Counted from the first letter of the stretch, positions 44,595 through 55,637 are shown. The stretch is DNA of 64,000 nt from an uncultured Noviherbaspirillum sp. (GCA_963522035.1 CAUQYP010000005.1:2353-66352); one strand, 5' to 3'. Program-made: numbers and translations. The notes: generated by a model not told the origin, from the letters alone.

Positions 44595-45185
44595 TTAGAC
44601 TTTTTCGACCTGGCCGAACTCGAGCTCCACCGGCGTGGCGCGTCCGAAGATGGTCACAGATACCCGGACCTTGGACTTCTCGTAATTCACTTCCTCGACA
44701 TTGCCGTTGAAATCCGTAAATGGACCGTCCTTGATGCGGACCAGTTCACCGACTTCGTACAGCACCTTGGGACGCGGCTTTTCAATGCCTTCCTGCATCT
44801 GGTGCAGGATCTTGTCGACTTCATGCGGCGGAATCGGCGTCGGCTTGTTGGACTTTCCGCCGATGAAGCCGGTTACCTTGCTGGTGTTCTTGACGAGATG
44901 CCAGGTATCGTCCGTCATTTCCATTTCAACCAGCACGTAGCCGGGAAAGAAACGACGTTCGGTTACCGACTTGTGACCGTTCTTGACTTCGATGACTTCT
45001 TCGGTAGGCACCAAAATGCGGCCGAACTTGTCTTCCATGCCGGCACGTGCGATACGCTCGGTCAACGCCCGCTGCACGCTTTTTTCCATGCCGGAATAAG
45101 CGTGAACCACGTACCAGCGCTTGTTGCCGGTGGGCGCGCTGATCGCTGCCTCGGTCGGCACGCCGTCTTGCAGATTTTCGCTCAT
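44595..45185 (-). CDS. nusG: transcription termination/antitermination factor NusG
   Basis: MSENLQDG...[16 protein letters not shown]... plus a KOW domain. The start is set at ATG 45185, overlapping the secE stop (TAATG). The 106-aa track extension is rejected. Confidence 0.96.
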   Translation of the reverse strand: MSENLQDGVPTEAAISAPTGNKRWYVVHAYSGMEKSVQRALTERIARAGMEDKFGRILVPTEEVIEVKNGHKSVTERRFFPGYVLVEMEMTDDTWHLVKNTSKVTGFIGGKSNKPTPIPPHEVDKILHQMQEGIEKPRPKVLYEVGELVRIKDGPFTDFNGNVEEVNYEKSKVRVSVTIFGRATPVELEFGQVEKV

Positions 45186-45568
45186 TATCGTTTCCAGCCC
45201 AGAATCAAGTCGTACAACACGAATTCCAGTATTTTGTCCGTGCCCCACAGAAAAATCGCCATTACCAGCACGAAGCCGAAAACGATGGCGGTAATCTGCA
45301 TGGCTTCCTTGCGGGTCGGCCATACCACTTTCTTTGTTTCGCGGACAGCTTCCCTGGCGAACGCCAAAAAGCCCTGGCCTGTCAAAGAAGTCCAGAGCAA
45401 ACCGATTCCAACCACAAGGCCGGCAACCAGGGCCAATGAACGCACCAGCGTAGACTGGCCTGCAAGCAGATAAAAAACTACTACACCGGCAATAGCAGCG
45501 CAAATAGCCAGGCCGACCTTCACTTTGTCGCCTGACGTATTGACGGTCTGCACGGGTTGATTAGCCAT
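45185..45568 (-). CDS. secE: preprotein translocase subunit SecE
   Basis: 127 aa with 3 TM segments and the conserved KVVWPTRKE motif. Confidence 0.95.
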   Translation of the reverse strand: MANQPVQTVNTSGDKVKVGLAICAAIAGVVVFYLLAGQSTLVRSLALVAGLVVGIGLLWTSLTGQGFLAFAREAVRETKKVVWPTRKEAMQITAIVFGFVLVMAIFLWGTDKILEFVLYDLILGWKR

Positions 45569-45603
45569 ACAATTTTACTTTCGGTGCCCTGCACCTGAAA
45601 CGG

Positions 45604-45679
45604 TGGCAGGGGCGGAGGGCCTCGAACCCCCGACCTTCGGTTTTGGAGACCGACGCTCTGCCAATTGAGCTACGCCCCT
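45604..45679 (-). tRNA. tRNA-Trp (anticodon CCA)
   Basis: The minus strand reads AGGGGCGTAGCTCAATTGGCAGAGCGTCGGTCTCCAAAACCGAAGGTCGGGGGTTCGAGGCCCTCCGCCCCTGCCA. It folds into a cloverleaf by hand and has an encoded CCA end. Confidence 0.95.
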
Positions 45680-45753
45680 ACGTTAAAACGGTAAACCCGG
45701 AACCGTCGAATCGCGCGCACCGGCTAACCGGCGCACGCTTTTCAAATAATTCC

Positions 45754-46944
<1,191 letters not shown>

Positions 46945-47053
46945 CTTAGACTCCTAACGATTTGATGAGAATGTACAGGCACTGCCCGACTATCTTGCTG
47001 ATGTGCTTCTTGCCTGGGGCGCATCGCGCGATGCGACGCGCCCCGTACTGGAA

Positions 47054-47128
<75 letters not shown>

Positions 47129-47177
47129 AAAACCTTTGTTGCCTGACGCCGAAAATACAGCATCTTCAACCGAAACC

Positions 47178-47251
47178 TGGAGCGGGTGAAGGGAATCGAA
47201 CCCTCGTCATAAGCTTGGAAGGCTTCAGCTCTACCATTGAGCTACACCCGC
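47178..47251 (-). tRNA. tRNA-Gly (anticodon TCC)
   Basis: The minus strand reads GCGGGTGTAGCTCAATGGTAGAGCTGAAGCCTTCCAAGCTTATGACGAGGGTTCGATTCCCTTCACCCGCTCCA. The acceptor, D and T stems pair; there is one mismatch at the base of the anticodon stem. Confidence 0.9.
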
Positions 47252-47306
47252 AAGGGTGACCAAACAGCCACTCACAACTAAAACAATCACCTACCGCGCT
47301 TCGCCT

Positions 47307-47392
47307 TGGTGGAGGGGGCTGGATTCGAACCAGCGTACTCGTAAGAGGGCAGATTTACAGTCTGCTGCCATTAACCACTCGGCCACCCCTCC
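47307..47392 (-). tRNA. tRNA-Tyr (anticodon GTA), long variable arm
   Basis: The minus strand reads GGAGGGGTGGCCGAGTGGTTAATGGCAGCAGACTGTAAATCTGCCCTCTTACGAGTACGCTGGTTCGAATCCAGCCCCCTCCACCA. Confidence 0.95.
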
Positions 47393-47416
47393 GCAGGGAA
47401 CCCCGAACTATATTGG

Positions 47417-47445
47417 GAAACCCTCGGCCTGTCAACTTCGAAGTG
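47417..47445 (-). promoter_or_regulatory. near-consensus sigma70 promoter for the tRNA-Tyr/Gly/Thr-tuf transcription unit
   Basis: The minus strand reads TTGACA-17 nt-TATAGT and lies 24 nt upstream of the tRNA-Tyr 5' end. A GC-rich discriminator (TCGGGGTTCCC) follows it, and an A/T-rich tract (CGACAAAAAGTGCATGCAGAAAACA) lies upstream. Confidence 0.75.
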
Positions 47446-47639
47446 TTTTCTGCATGCACTTTTTGTCGAAGGAGCCGAAGAATAGCACGAGCGTAACCGG
47501 ATTTAAAAGGTCGTTTTGCCTTCGCTGCACGAAAAACATCCGGGCACCTGGCACGGCTGCTGCTTTTGCTCACGGCTGCTGTATAAAAACGACATCCAGC
47601 CGCGATAATGTTTGCATTGCCATCCAATCACGCCAGGCC

Positions 47640-48188
47640 ATGTCCCGTGTTCACATCCTCTACGCCCATTCTGCGCCGCATGCGTCCCGCGTCAACCGAC
47701 GCATGATTTCGGCTGCACGCTCCCTGCCCGACGTAACGGTGAGCGAACTATATGAGCTCTATCCCGACTTCGTGATCGATGTTCGCCGTGAGCAGGCGTT
47801 GCTATCGGAAGCCGAACTGATCGTCATGCAGCACCCGATACAGTGGTACGGCATGCCTTCACTGCAGAAGGAATGGCTGGACCAGGTGCTGGAGCATGGT
47901 TGGGCCTATGGCAAAAGCGGCAACATGCTGGAAGGCAAGCGCTTCCTGCTGGCGGTCACGACCGGCGGCGGAAGCGCGGCTTACGGTGTGCAGGGCGAGC
48001 ACGGCTATCCTTTGGAGGCTTTCCTGCCGCCCTACCGGCAGACGGCGACGCTGTGCAGGATGCGCTGGCTGGAACCGCTGGTGCTGCACGGCGCCCGTCA
48101 TGCCGATCAGGCAACAGTGGATGCCCATGTCGAAACCTATCGCCGCCTGCTGGAAGGCTCGCCGGCATCTCATTCCGTCCACTTGTAG
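47640..48188 (+). CDS. kefF: glutathione-regulated K+-efflux ancillary protein (KefF/KefG-type flavodoxin-like quinone oxidoreductase)
   Basis: MSRVHILYAHSAPHASRVNRRM...LYPDFVIDVRREQALL...QHPIQWYGMPSLQKEWLDQVL. It lies directly upstream of the Kef channel gene. KefF versus KefG cannot be decided from sequence alone. The track ORF start at 47256 overlaps the tRNA genes and is rejected. Confidence 0.85.
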   Translation: MSRVHILYAHSAPHASRVNRRMISAARSLPDVTVSELYELYPDFVIDVRREQALLSEAELIVMQHPIQWYGMPSLQKEWLDQVLEHGWAYGKSGNMLEGKRFLLAVTTGGGSAAYGVQGEHGYPLEAFLPPYRQTATLCRMRWLEPLVLHGARHADQATVDAHVETYRRLLEGSPASHSVHL

Positions 48189-48208
48189 ACAAGGCGCAAG
48201 AATTTCCC

Positions 48209-50008
48209 ATGGAACACAACTTGTTGCAGAACGCGCTGGTCTATCTGCTCGCGGCAGTCATCGCGGTGCCGATCGCCAAGCGCCTCGGGCTGGGTGCGGT
48301 GCTTGGCTACCTGCTGGCCGGCATCGCGATCGGCCCCTGGGGCCTGGGACTGATCCGCGAGGTGCAGGACATCCTGCACTTTTCGGAATTCGGTGTCGTG
48401 CTGCTGTTGTTCCTGATCGGGCTGGAACTGGAGCCCAGGCGGCTGTGGGCGATGCGCCGGCCGATTTTTGGCGGCGGCGGCGCGCAGGTGCTGCTGGTTG
48501 CCGGGGCGCTGACATTGGTGGCGCTGCTGTTCGGCGTGGACTGGAAAGTCGCCCTCATCGCCTCGCTTGGCCTGTCGCTGTCGTCGACAGCCATCGCGCT
48601 GGCAACGCTGGGCGAACGCAACCTGGCAGCAACGCCGGCCGGAACCGCGGGCTTCGCCATCCTGCTGTTCCAGGATATTGCTGCAATTCCGATGATCGCC
48701 ATCGTTCCGATGCTGGGCGTCGCCACGGTGGACGACAGCGGCACCTGGCTCGGTTTCCTGCAGGCGGTCGGAGTGATTGCCGCCCTGGTGCTGGGCGGGC
48801 GCTACCTGGTCCGCCCGGCGCTGCGCATTATTGCCAAGACCGAACTGCGTGAGATCTTTACCGCCTTTGCGCTGCTGCTGGTCATCGCCATTGCCATGCT
48901 GATGCAATGGGTCGGCCTGTCAATGGCGCTGGGCACCTTCCTGGCCGGCGTGCTGCTGGCCGATTCGGAGTACCGGCATGCGCTGGAATCCGACCTCGAG
49001 CCGTTCAAGGGCCTGCTGCTGGGCCTGTTTTTTACCGCGGTCGGCATGTCGGTCGATTTTGGCGTGTTCCTCGCGCAACCGTGGCGCATTCTCGGCATGG
49101 TCGCCCTGTTCCTGCTGGTCAAGGGCGCGGTGCTCTACTTCCTGGGCGCTCGCCTGGGCATTGCGCGCAGCCAGCGCGCGCTGTTTGCGTTTTTGCTCGC
49201 GCAGGGCGGCGAATTTGCCTTTGTCGTGTTCGGCGCAGCCGCCACGGCCCGCGTGTTCACGCCTGAGGTCTCAGCAGTGCTGGTGGTAACCGTCACGCTG
49301 TCAATGATGTCCACGCCCTTGCTGCTGCTGGCGTACGACCGGCTGATCGCACCGCGCTACGCGGCCGCAAAAAAACGGCCGGACGACGAGATGGAGTCGA
49401 ACGAGGACCATGTCATCATTGCCGGCTTTGGCCGATTCGGCCAGATCGTCGGCCGCCTGCTGCATGCAAACGGGGTCGACCTGACCGTGCTCGACCATGA
49501 CCCGGACCAGATCGACCTGCTGCGCCGCTTCGGCTTCAAGGTGTTCTATGGCGACGCCACCCGCATCGACCTGCTGCATGCAGCCGGCGCCGGACGTGCA
49601 CGGGCGCTGGTGCTGGCGATCGACAATGTCGAGGACAGCCTGAAGCTGGTGGAGGCGGTGCGCGCGGCCTTTCCGGACCTGCCCATCCTGGCGCGGGCGC
49701 GCAATGTCAGCCATTACTACGACCTGATGGACCGCGGCGTCACCATCATCGAGCGTGAAACCTTTGAAAGCGCGCTGCTGCTGGGCCGCCGGGTGATGCA
49801 GCAGCTCGGCGCAGGCGCCTGGCAGGCGCGCCAGGCGACGATGAAGTTTCGCGCCCATACGCTGAAGTCGCTGGAGGATGTCTATCCGTATTACCGCGAC
49901 CAGCAGCAGTATGTGTCGATGGCGCGGCAGGCGCGCGACGAGCTCGAGGCCATGTTCGCGCGCGATGCCGAGGCGCGCGCAGCCCAGCGCAAGGACGGCT
50001 GGGACTAG
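48209..50008 (+). CDS. kefC: glutathione-regulated K+/H+ antiporter, KefB/KefC family
   Basis: MEHNLLQNALVYLLAAVIAVPIAKRLGLGAVLGYLLAG...; a CPA2 membrane domain plus a KTN/TrkA-N Rossmann fold (IIAGFGRFGQIVGRLL). The start is set at ATG 48209. Confidence 0.92.
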   Translation: MEHNLLQNALVYLLAAVIAVPIAKRLGLGAVLGYLLAGIAIGPWGLGLIREVQDILHFSEFGVVLLLFLIGLELEPRRLWAMRRPIFGGGGAQVLLVAGALTLVALLFGVDWKVALIASLGLSLSSTAIALATLGERNLAATPAGTAGFAILLFQDIAAIPMIAIVPMLGVATVDDSGTWLGFLQAVGVIAALVLGGRYLVRPALRIIAKTELREIFTAFALLLVIAIAMLMQWVGLSMALGTFLAGVLLADSEYRHALESDLEPFKGLLLGLFFTAVGMSVDFGVFLAQPWRILGMVALFLLVKGAVLYFLGARLGIARSQRALFAFLLAQGGEFAFVVFGAAATARVFTPEVSAVLVVTVTLSMMSTPLLLLAYDRLIAPRYAAAKKRPDDEMESNEDHVIIAGFGRFGQIVGRLLHANGVDLTVLDHDPDQIDLLRRFGFKVFYGDATRIDLLHAAGAGRARALVLAIDNVEDSLKLVEAVRAAFPDLPILARARNVSHYYDLMDRGVTIIERETFESALLLGRRVMQQLGAGAWQARQATMKFRAHTLKSLEDVYPYYRDQQQYVSMARQARDELEAMFARDAEARAAQRKDGWD

Positions 50009-51411
50009 GACTGCGCCTGCGGCTCGCGGATGCGCCAGGCTGCCAGGACGGCGAGCGCGGAGATGATGGCGATGAACACAAAGGTTTCGTCGAAGGCCCG
50101 CAGGCCTTGCGCGCCGCTGCCCGCCGGATACAGCGAAAGCCGCCACTCGAGCACGATGCCGACCAGGCTGACGCCGATGGCGCCGCCCAGCTGGCGCAGG
50201 AAGTTGATGGTGCTGGAGCCCTGGGCAATCAGCGCGAAGTCGACGCCGCGCATCGAGCCCAGGCTGAGCGCCGGCAGGACCAGGCCAAGGCCAATGCGTC
50301 CGACGATGGCCCACAGCATCAGCACGATATAGCTGGTGTCGGGCTTGACCAGCGCCATCAGCGCGAACGACAGCGCCAGCAGCGCCACGCCGATCGATAC
50401 CAGCACATGCGGGCGGAAGCGATCGACCAGGCGTCCGCCGAGCCAGATCGTCACTGCCAGCACGGCGCCGGCCGGCAGCAGCACCAGGCCGGCCTGCGAC
50501 GGCATATAGTGCAGGCCGAGCTGCATATACACCGGCAACAGGTAGGTCGAGCCGAACAGGCCCATGCCGTAGATAAAGGCCACCAGTGCGCCCATGGCGA
50601 ATTGCGGATAGCGGAACACGGTCATGTTCATCAGCGGGTCGGGCGTCTTGATCTGGTAGAAAATGAAGCCGGCCAGTCCGGACAGGCCGGTGCCCAGCAA
50701 GGCCGCAGCAACCAGGCCGTTCTGCCGCACCTCGACCAGGCCGTTGAGCAGGCAGATGGTGGAGACGCCGGCCAGCAGCAGGCCGCGCCAGTCGAGCGGG
50801 CGGGCGTCGCCGCCGGTGGCATTGGCGGCCAGGTAACGGTGCGCCATGGCCAGCACGACCACGCAGAACGGCACCATGATGAAGAAGATCGAGCGCCAGC
50901 CGAAATGCTCGACCAGGAAGCCGCCCACGCTCGGGCCGAGCGCCGGCGCCAGCACCACGCCGAAGCCGAACAGGCCCATCGCCCTGCCCTGCTCGTGCTT
51001 GTCGAACGAGCGCAGGATCATGATGGCCGGTATCGGCTGCACCACGCCGCAGGCCAGGCCTTCCAGCACGCGCATGGCGATCAGCATCAGGTAATTGACG
51101 GAAAAGCCGCCGGCGACGCCGCCGAAGAGCAGCAGCAGCATGGCGCCGCCGTAAGTGCGGCGCAGGCCGTAGCGCAGCAGCAGCCATGGCGTGGTCAGCA
51201 TCGACAGGGTCATTGCCAGCATGAAGCTGGTGGACACCCACTGCGCGCGCTCCTGGCCCAGCGTGAAGTGGCGCGACAGGTCCGGCACCGCGACATTGAC
51301 GATGGTGGACGACATGATGGCCGCCATCGAACCGATCATCACGGTCATCAGCACCAGCCATTTATAACGCTCGCCGTAGCGAGCTTGCAGTTGTTCCCCG
51401 GTCTGGGCCAT
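50005..51411 (-). CDS. MFS transporter, DHA2 (EmrB/QacA-like, 14-TM) drug/H+ antiporter family
   Basis: 468 aa with about 14 hydrophobic segments. The DHA2-type motif GGFLVEHFGWRSIFFI is present. Confidence 0.85.
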   Translation of the reverse strand: MAQTGEQLQARYGERYKWLVLMTVMIGSMAAIMSSTIVNVAVPDLSRHFTLGQERAQWVSTSFMLAMTLSMLTTPWLLLRYGLRRTYGGAMLLLLFGGVAGGFSVNYLMLIAMRVLEGLACGVVQPIPAIMILRSFDKHEQGRAMGLFGFGVVLAPALGPSVGGFLVEHFGWRSIFFIMVPFCVVVLAMAHRYLAANATGGDARPLDWRGLLLAGVSTICLLNGLVEVRQNGLVAAALLGTGLSGLAGFIFYQIKTPDPLMNMTVFRYPQFAMGALVAFIYGMGLFGSTYLLPVYMQLGLHYMPSQAGLVLLPAGAVLAVTIWLGGRLVDRFRPHVLVSIGVALLALSFALMALVKPDTSYIVLMLWAIVGRIGLGLVLPALSLGSMRGVDFALIAQGSSTINFLRQLGGAIGVSLVGIVLEWRLSLYPAGSGAQGLRAFDETFVFIAIISALAVLAAWRIREPQAQS

Positions 51412-51488
51412 GTCGTAAGGCTTTTGTAGAGCTTGTTATTGGCGTTGGTCGGGCAGTATAGCTATTTGCAGCCGGGACACGCTTGCGC

Positions 51489-51683
51489 CTACAGGAAGCG
51501 GGCGACGAGGAAAATGACAGTGGAGAGCAGGATGGTGGAGGCGAACGGCAGGAAGACGGTCTTGCCGAACAGGGAAAACTTGACGTCGCCAGGCAGGCGG
51601 CCGACGCCCAGTTTTTCCAGCCAGGGCAACGCCGCCGAAAACACGATCAGCGCGATGAATATCGTCAGGACCCAGCGTATCAT
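51489..51683 (-). CDS. small membrane protein (DUF2905-like)
   Basis: MIRWVLTIFIALIVFSAALPWLEKLGVGRLPGDVKFSLFGKTVFLPFASTILLSTVIFLVARFL (64 aa, 2 TM). The start is set at ATG 51683. Confidence 0.7.
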   Translation of the reverse strand: MIRWVLTIFIALIVFSAALPWLEKLGVGRLPGDVKFSLFGKTVFLPFASTILLSTVIFLVARFL

Positions 51684-51744
51684 GCGCGGCTTTCGGTAAA
51701 TGGATGCGCGATTGTAGCGCGGCCAGCCGCAGGATTGCAGGGCG

Positions 51745-52923
51745 TCACAGCCGGTGGCTGCGGTCGCTGCGGGAAAACTTTTCCGGCAGTTCGACCCTGG
51801 TGCCCAGCGCAATGACCTTGAACAGCTCGCCCATCTCGGCTGGCGACGTCAGCTTCTGCAGCTCGTTGGCGCGCGGCAGGTAGCGCAGCCGGTCGGTGGC
51901 GGGAACGCGCTGCAGCAGCTCGCCTATGCCGGCGTCGATCAGGAAGGCGGCCTGGCCGGTGTAGGTCAGCACGTCCAGGCCGCTACTGACCGCAGTGCGG
52001 GCAATAGCGCTGAAGTCGACATGGGCGGTGATGTCCTGCAGGCCGGGCAGGTAGAACGGGTCGGCATGGGCATGGTGGCGGTAATGGCACATCAACGTGC
52101 CTTCGGCGCGCTGCGGCAGGTAGTACTCGTGGGCCGGGAAGCCATAATCGATCAGCAATGCGGCGCCACCGTGGCCGGTGTAGTCGAAGCCGGCGCGCAG
52201 CATGTCGGCCAGCGTGCGCACGAAGCCCAGCGCGATCGGATGGACTTCGGTCAGGTAGCCTTCCGGCAGGGCATCGGCATGCGGGATCTGCGCCAGCAGC
52301 GCCGGGTCGCAAGGCCGGTCGCGATAGACGAATTTTTTTGGCGCAAGGCCAATGCCGCGCTCGCGCCATCCGTGCGGTGTCTTCGTCACCAGCTGCACCG
52401 GCATCGCATCGAGGACTTCATTGCCCAGCACCACGCCGGAAAAGACGGCCGGGAACTGGTCGAGCCAGGTGACTTGCGGAAAGCCGCGCAGCGTCTGCTG
52501 CTGCCGCGCCCGCAGTTCGCCGGAAAGTTCGACGATGGAATAGCGATGCACTGCAACGCCCATTGCGGCAAGCTCGGTCAGCATGTCGCGGGCAAGCTTG
52601 CCCGTGCCGGCGCCGAATTCCATGATCTGCGGCGTGGTCTTGCCTATCAGGTCGGCAACGACATGCGCCAACGTCTGGCCGAACAACGGCGACATTTCGG
52701 GCGCGGTTGTAAAATCACCATCCCTGCCGAGCTTGGCGGCCCCGCCGCTGTAGTAGCCGAGACCGGGTGCATACAGCGCCAGTTCCATGAAGCGGGAAAA
52801 AGGGATCCACCCGGAGTTATGGCGTATGTCGTTGGCGATGAGGGTTTGCAGCGAGCGCGAAGCCATCAGCGCGTCGAGACCGGGATCAGGCAGTTGCAGT
52901 TGCATAGACGTTATTGTAGTCAA
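51745..52923 (-). CDS. class I SAM-dependent methyltransferase (DUF185 / MidA-NDUFAF7-like)
   Basis: 392 aa, ...YYSGGAAKLGRDGDFTTAPEMSPLFG..., with SAM motif I MEFGAGTGKLA. The start is uncertain and could be the Met at residue 7. Confidence 0.8.
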   Translation of the reverse strand: MTTITSMQLQLPDPGLDALMASRSLQTLIANDIRHNSGWIPFSRFMELALYAPGLGYYSGGAAKLGRDGDFTTAPEMSPLFGQTLAHVVADLIGKTTPQIMEFGAGTGKLARDMLTELAAMGVAVHRYSIVELSGELRARQQQTLRGFPQVTWLDQFPAVFSGVVLGNEVLDAMPVQLVTKTPHGWRERGIGLAPKKFVYRDRPCDPALLAQIPHADALPEGYLTEVHPIALGFVRTLADMLRAGFDYTGHGGAALLIDYGFPAHEYYLPQRAEGTLMCHYRHHAHADPFYLPGLQDITAHVDFSAIARTAVSSGLDVLTYTGQAAFLIDAGIGELLQRVPATDRLRYLPRANELQKLTSPAEMGELFKVIALGTRVELPEKFSRSDRSHRL

Positions 52924-52941
52924 TCGCTTTAGGGGTTGTAT

Positions 52942-53748
52942 ATGAATCTACGCGGCGCCGGAAGGCTTGCACGCAGACATGATCAGACCACGGCGGCCCG
53001 GAAAGTTGCACTTGTCACCGGCGCCGGCAAGCGGCTGGGCCGCGCGATTGCGCTGGCGCTGGCCGAACGCGGTTGGGACATCGTGGTGCATTACCGGCAT
53101 TCGGAAGACGATGCCGACATGACGGCGCTCGACATCGAAGCGCTGGGCCGGCGCGCGCTGCTGCTGCAATGCGACCTGTCCGACGAAGCCGCCGTACGCA
53201 CGATGCTGGCGCGTACTGCCAGCTTCGGTCCGGTTTCCTGCCTGGTCAATAACGCAGCGCTGTTCGAACAGGACCATGCAGGCGACTTCACGGTCGCGCG
53301 CCTCGACGCGCACATGCATGCCAACCTGGCCGCGCCGGTGCTGCTGGCGCAGGCGCTGCACGCGATGACGCCGGAGGGCGGGCAGGCGGTGGTGATCAAC
53401 CTGCTGGACCAGAAGCTTTATAACCTCAACCCCGACTTCCTGTCCTACACGCTCTCCAAGGCCGCGCTGCAGGCTGCCACGACCATGCTCGCGCAGGCGC
53501 TGGCGCCGAAGGTGCGGGTGGTCGGGGTGGCGCCCGGCATTACGCTGCAGTCGGGCGAGCAGACCTACCAGGACTTCGAGCAGGCGCACAAGGTCACCCC
53601 GCTGGGCCGCTCCAGCACGCCTGACGATATCGCCGCTGCCGTGTGCTACCTGGCCGAAGCGGGCGCGGTGACCGGCACGACCCTGCTGGTCGACGGCGGC
53701 CAGCACCTGCTGCCGCTGCCGCGCGACGTGATGTTCCTTGCCACCTGA
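52942..53748 (+). CDS. short-chain dehydrogenase/reductase (pteridine reductase / FolM-like)
   Basis: Rossmann motif VTGAGKRLGRAIA and catalytic YTLSK. It is adjacent to a folB-like gene. The start is approximate. Confidence 0.8.
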   Translation: MNLRGAGRLARRHDQTTAARKVALVTGAGKRLGRAIALALAERGWDIVVHYRHSEDDADMTALDIEALGRRALLLQCDLSDEAAVRTMLARTASFGPVSCLVNNAALFEQDHAGDFTVARLDAHMHANLAAPVLLAQALHAMTPEGGQAVVINLLDQKLYNLNPDFLSYTLSKAALQAATTMLAQALAPKVRVVGVAPGITLQSGEQTYQDFEQAHKVTPLGRSSTPDDIAAAVCYLAEAGAVTGTTLLVDGGQHLLPLPRDVMFLAT

Positions 53749-53780
53749 ACGGTGGCCTTACCCAATTTTTTCGAGATCCC

Positions 53781-54185
53781 ATGCTGCCTACCCTGTTCTA
53801 CCCGGAGTTGTCCGACTGCCGCCGCCTGTTCCTGCGCAATTACGAAGTGCAGATCAACATCGGCGTCCACGAATTTGAAAAGAAGGGCGAGCAGCGCGTC
53901 CTGATCAACGTCGACCTCTTCATCCCGCTGGCAATGTCGACGCCGCAGGACGACCACCTGGATGAAGTCGTGGACTACGACTTCATGCGCGACACCATTG
54001 CTCGCCGCATGGCGCAAGGCCATATCCACCTGCAGGAAACCCTGTGCGACGATGTTGCGCGGGCAATGCTGGCGCATCCGAAGGTAAGGGCAGTCCGGGT
54101 GTCGACGGAAAAGCCGGATGTCTATCCGGATTGCGAGTCGGTAGGGGTGGAAGTTTTTCAGGTCAAGCAGGTCCCGGGCAGGTAG
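53781..54185 (+). CDS. folB: dihydroneopterin aldolase family protein (FolB-like)
   Basis: 134 aa, MLPTLFYPELSDCRRLFLRNYEVQINIGVHEFEKKGEQRVLINVDL...; a tunnelling-fold FolB-like sequence. The start is set at ATG 53781. Confidence 0.75.
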   Translation: MLPTLFYPELSDCRRLFLRNYEVQINIGVHEFEKKGEQRVLINVDLFIPLAMSTPQDDHLDEVVDYDFMRDTIARRMAQGHIHLQETLCDDVARAMLAHPKVRAVRVSTEKPDVYPDCESVGVEVFQVKQVPGR

Positions 54186-54219
54186 CGCTGCGTCGCAAGC
54201 CGCTCATTTAATTTCCTCA

Positions 54220-54247
54220 TTGGCAACAAGGTGGAATCTTCTATAAT
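54220..54247 (+). promoter_or_regulatory. sigma70-type promoter candidate upstream of the stressosome cluster
   Basis: TTGGCA (54220-54225), a 16-nt spacer, then TATAAT (54242-54247), about 115 nt upstream of the rsbR ATG. Confidence 0.55.
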
Positions 54248-54361
54248 GAGCGACTGCTTTTTTAATCAACATTTATCGCCATCCAGCCGGCGTCATCCAG
54301 GACGACGCCCCGATTGGGCCAACCTGGCCCAGCCTGGCTCGTCCACCCTAACGGAGACTCA

Positions 54362-55219
54362 ATGCGCAACGAAACCAGCCATCTGGGCCAAATCATCCTT
54401 AATCACCAGGCCGAGCTGCTCGAAGGCTGGGTATCCACCCTCGTTGCCCGTACCGGGCGTCGTGAAGCCAGTGCGGAAAACGAACTCCGGCAACAGGCCA
54501 GCCGCTTTCTCGGCCTGGTCGCCAATGCAGTCAACAGCGCCGGCACCGACAGCATCGACGGCAGCGCCTGGCAGGAGGCACGCCAGCTGCTGAGCGAGAT
54601 TTCCGCGGCGCGCGTGCGCCAGGGTTATGGCTCGATCGAAACCGCCAATTTCGTGTTTTCGCTGAAAGAGCCGCTGAACACCTATCTGGAAGCCGAACTG
54701 GCCGCAGACCCGGCCTTTCTGGTCAGGGAAGTCAAGCGCACCAATGCCCTGTTCGACATGCTGGGGCTGTTTACCGTGGAGACCTACCAGAAGTTGCGCG
54801 AGCAGGTCATCATGCGGCAACAGCAGGAACTGCTCGAGCTGTCGACGCCCGTCGTGCAGCTCTGGAAAGATGTGCTGGCCCTGCCCCTGATCGGCACGCT
54901 GGACAGCGCGCGGACCCAGGTCGTGATGGAAAGCCTGCTGCAAAAGATCGTCGATACCGGCGCGTCGATCGCCATCATCGACATCACCGGCGTCCCGACC
55001 GTCGACACGCTGGTGGCCCAGCACCTGCTGAAAACCGTCGCGGCGGCGCGCCTGATGGGCGCGGACTGCATCATCAGCGGCATCCGGCCGCAGATTGCAC
55101 AGACCATCGTCCACCTCGGCGTCAACCTCGAGGACGTGATCACCAAGGCCACGCTGGCCGACGCTTTCCAGGTCGCTCTCAAGCGGACCGGCGCCACCAT
55201 CGTGCAGAAAGATCATTGA
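54362..55219 (+). CDS. rsbR: stressosome sensor/scaffold protein RsbR (helical globin-like N-domain plus STAS)
   Basis: MRNETSHLGQIILNHQAELLEGWVSTL... The C-terminal STAS domain reads LSTPVVQLWKDVLALPLIGTLDSARTQ...IDITGVPTVDTLVAQHLL...ISGIRPQIAQTIVHLGV. Both Bacillus-type phospho-Thr contexts are conserved. Confidence 0.88.
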   Translation: MRNETSHLGQIILNHQAELLEGWVSTLVARTGRREASAENELRQQASRFLGLVANAVNSAGTDSIDGSAWQEARQLLSEISAARVRQGYGSIETANFVFSLKEPLNTYLEAELAADPAFLVREVKRTNALFDMLGLFTVETYQKLREQVIMRQQQELLELSTPVVQLWKDVLALPLIGTLDSARTQVVMESLLQKIVDTGASIAIIDITGVPTVDTLVAQHLLKTVAAARLMGADCIISGIRPQIAQTIVHLGVNLEDVITKATLADAFQVALKRTGATIVQKDH

Positions 55220-55226
55220 GGCCGGC

Positions 55227-55586
55227 ATGGACCGCATTCCTATTCTTAAAATGGGCAGTCTGCTGCTGGTGACGATACAGGTCGACATGCATGACAGGCT
55301 GGCAATGACGCTGCAGGACGACCTGACCACGCGCATTGTGAAGGATCGTGCAAAGGGCGTGCTGATCGATATATCGGCGCTCGATCTGGTAGATTCGTTT
55401 ATCGGACGTATGATTAACAACATTGCAGCAATGGCAAAAATTCTGGATGCCGATACCGTTCTGGTCGGCATGCAGCCGGCTGTCGCGATCACGCTGGTGG
55501 AACTCGGCCTGACGCTGGAAGGCGTGAAGACCGCGTTGAACGTCGACCGCGGCATGAAAATGCTGGGGCTGGGCGGCCTTTCTTGA
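55227..55586 (+). CDS. rsbS: stressosome scaffold protein RsbS (single STAS domain)
   Basis: 119 aa, MDRIPILKMGSLLLVTIQVDMHD...VLIDISALDLVDSFIGRM...; the phospho-Ser context DLVDSF is conserved. Confidence 0.88.
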   Translation: MDRIPILKMGSLLLVTIQVDMHDRLAMTLQDDLTTRIVKDRAKGVLIDISALDLVDSFIGRMINNIAAMAKILDADTVLVGMQPAVAITLVELGLTLEGVKTALNVDRGMKMLGLGGLS

Positions 55587-55637
55587 CCCCGGGCGCAGGG
55601 ACCAGCCCGGCCGCCATTCCGCTGAAAAGGTGCAGTC

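Noticed and set aside
47256-50008. ORF-track N-terminal extensions of the kefF-type gene (from 47256) and the kefC-type gene (from 47843).
   Set aside because: The first extension runs through tRNA-Tyr and the tRNA promoter. The second overlaps the whole ancillary gene in another frame. Family-consistent starts with proper N-termini exist at 47640 and 48209.
49301-51429. A 686-aa minus-strand ORF (49301..51361) and a 440-aa plus-strand ORF (50107..51429).
   Set aside because: They are an alternate frame and an antisense frame of the KefC C-terminus and the MFS transporter, with Arg/Pro/Gly/His-rich translations. The MFS frame shows about 14 hydrophobic helices.
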